This document shows, in pieces, positions 55,891-58,238 of a DNA stretch of 58,238 nt (position 1 is the first letter of the stretch; every line of letters begins with the position of its first letter). The notes beneath the pieces are model-generated. The model had not been told where the DNA came from and did no database searches. It worked only from the letters and a program-made list of their open reading frames with translations. Position numbers and translations under genes: made by a program. This DNA is from Pachysolen tannophilus NRRL Y-2460. Its lineage: Eukaryota. The stretch lies in the NCBI GenBank assembly GCA_001661245.1, contig KV454018.1, positions 62,001 to 120,238 on the forward strand, in the 5' to 3' direction.

Positions 55891-56244
55891 TTTGGAAGTA
55901 TATATATATATATATACCTAACTATTTATTTATTTATTTGTTTATTTGTTTATTTGTTTATTTGTTTATTTGTTTTTTTTTTAAATGGTTTATATAATGA
56001 TTTTAATGGCGATAATGAGTTGAATGTCTTTCATGATTCTAATTAATGGTATTAATCCCTGGAAAATAATAACGAAGAAGTAGTTTTTGAAAAATCAAAT
56101 TTCTTTTTTTGTAAATGACGTTTTTTAGTTTTAGAATTAAAATATTAAATTTGATGTTAACAGCTAATATGATAATATGATATATTAGATTTTTATATTT
56201 TATTATTCGATATAATTAATTAATTAAATATTAATATTTAAAAG

Positions 56245-56622
56245 ATGGTTCAAATTTTCCAATCAAATATCTTATCATTTATAATAGTATTGTCATCGTT
56301 ATGTTTTCCATTAGTATCTGCTGATATATTTGATCATTTTTTCAATTCTGGAAGACAACAACAACAACTGCGTTATAATCAACCTATTAGTAAAGAACAA
56401 GAGATTTTACATAATAAATGCGATAATTATCTTTGCAAAGATACTTTGGCTTGTGTCAAGTCACCTGTTGATTGTCCATGTGAGCTTCCACTGTCACAAG
56501 TGAAATGTATTCTTCCGGGAAATAAAGATTACGTTTGTATATCAAAAAGTGATAATAGTATTGTAGGAAATGAGGCAAGAGATTGTAAATTTGTTGAAAA
56601 AGCATGGAAAGGTCTTGTTTGA
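56245..56622 (+). CDS. LCL2: Long chronological lifespan protein 2 (small secreted Cys-rich protein)
   Basis: Signal peptide, FDHFF, CDNYLCKDTLACVKSPVDCPC, YVCISK, RDCKFVEKAWKGLV. Confidence 0.9.
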   Translation: MVQIFQSNILSFIIVLSSLCFPLVSADIFDHFFNSGRQQQQLRYNQPISKEQEILHNKCDNYLCKDTLACVKSPVDCPCELPLSQVKCILPGNKDYVCISKSDNSIVGNEARDCKFVEKAWKGLV

Positions 56623-57254
56623 ATTCAAAATATGATGATTAACAAGAAGGTTGGAAAAGTATTTGCATTTTGAAGAAAAGGAAAAACAGAAAAAATAAAG
56701 ACAGTCATTATTTTGGATCATTAAGAGATGATGATAACGGCTGTTTGCTTTACAATTGTGCTTGTATATAACATTCAATAGATTTTTTTTTTGAAAAGAT
56801 TCCAATTTATGTATGGCACAATGAATCTAATTAGTTTTTTGAAAAAAAAAAAAATTAAAAATTTGTGATTTCATTTAGTAGTATTTTTTTTTTGTCTTTC
56901 TCGTATCGTATTTATCTATTTAATTGACTTTTCCAAAATATAACTTAAGCTCAAACATACATTCCTATATGTGTATATATCAAAATAAGAGGAATAAAGA
57001 GACAAAAGGGGATTAGTACAACAAAAAAAAAAAAAAAAAAAAAACCTTCAACTCAGCATACAAGATGAAATACATAATAACTCAAATAATCAATTAAAAA
57101 TAAAAATAAAAATAAAAATGAAAAATAATAACGAAAACAGGTCGGAACATTCTGGTTGAAACTGAAAGTAAAATAAGAAAAAGAAGAAGTAAAGGATAAG
57201 TAAACCTGTAACAGCTGAAGAAACAAAATAAATAATATATATAAAGAAATACCC

Positions 57255-57287
<33 letters not shown>

Positions 57288-57497
57288 TATTTTTTTTTTT
57301 TAATTCAATTTTTTTCTTAAGCTGTTGTATCTTTAAATTTTTTTCTTTTTTCTTTCTTTCTTAATATTTAATTTATTTATTTATAATTATTTGAAGTTTG
57401 TTTATTTCATCTTCCTTCTTTTTCTTTTTCTTTTTTTAATTTTTTTTATTTTTTTTTCATTTGTTTATAGATATTCGACCACTTGTAATTTCTATTT

Positions 57498-58074
57498 TTA
57501 AAGGAAGTATTTACCAATAAGAACTGCTAATATGATAGCAAGTATAGCCAATGGAATTGGGAAACCACCTTTAGTTTCAGTTTCTGTTGTTGTAACTTCT
57601 GAATTTTCCTTAGTTTGTGGTACTGGAGTATCAAATGTAGAGTTATTTGAAACGGATTTTTCATTTCTACTTTCTCCTGATGCTGTAACTGAATTTTTGG
57701 AAACTTTTGTTGCAGGTACTACTGGTTCTTGACTTCCTTCAACTGGAGCTACAGGAACAGCAGCATCAGGAACAGCACCAGCAGCAGGAGGAGCAGGAAT
57801 AGGTTCACCTTGGGATGCATAGTATTCAGCAACCAAGTAATTGACTCTTATCTTCTTGTTAGTTGCTTGAGATTTGAATTGAGCTTCTAATTTTGGCCAT
57901 AATTCTGCAACACCAGATTCAGCAACATCATATGGACACGGTAATGTAACTACCAAAAATTTATCTTTGCATTTAAAATTTGCAGAAGGCTTTTCTTTCA
58001 AACCTTGTGAAATGATTGCAACATCTAACGACTCACCAGGCAGGATCACAGATGCATTTGGTCTAACACAATAT
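57498..58074 (-). CDS. SCS2: VAP/Scs2 ER membrane protein, last exon (5' part lies beyond window)
   Basis: Branch TACTAAC (58128-58122), acceptor TAG (58077-58075), exon reads YCVRPNASVILPGE...CKDKFLV (MSP domain) and ends in a TM anchor. Confidence 0.92.
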
Positions 58075-58190
58075 CTATAAAATAATAATAATAAAAAAAA
58101 GAAAAAATTTAAAAAAATTTAGTTAGTATCTCATTATTCTCCTCTCTCTTTTCTTATACTGAAAATTCAATTTAATTTTAACTTGATTTG

Positions 58191-58233
<43 letters not shown>

Positions 58234-58238
58234 AAAAA

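Noticed and set aside
178..58074. Alternative CUG decoding
   Set aside because: CTG codons are too rare at positions I can judge as conserved; no evidence either way.

Overview
Very AT-rich genomic DNA from a budding yeast (Saccharomycotina; spliceosomal introns with GTAWGT/TACTAAC signals, long poly-A/T intergenic tracts, one 340-nt assembly gap). About 25 protein-coding genes, mostly conserved housekeeping genes: QNS1, KEL1-like, TDA11-like, PML1-like, VPS53, a RidA-family gene, PRM10-like, CCT8, DBP4, DED1, VMA9 (3 exons, absent from the ORF track), STP22/VPS23, CBF5, SIS1, LST8, a 2-exon SET/MYND methyltransferase, an RFX factor, a Whi5/Stb1-like gene, SEN2, LCL2 and the 3' exon of SCS2, plus two pogo/CENP-B-type transposase-derived genes and two unidentified ORFs. 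The strongest anomaly is an apparent ~1.1 kb inversion (about 5820-6924) that cuts through two neighbouring minus-strand genes: re-inverting it restores both the KEL1-like gene and the TDA11-like gene in frame at once. Whether it is biological or an assembly artefact cannot be decided from the sequence. All gene names are from recalled family motifs, not database searches.
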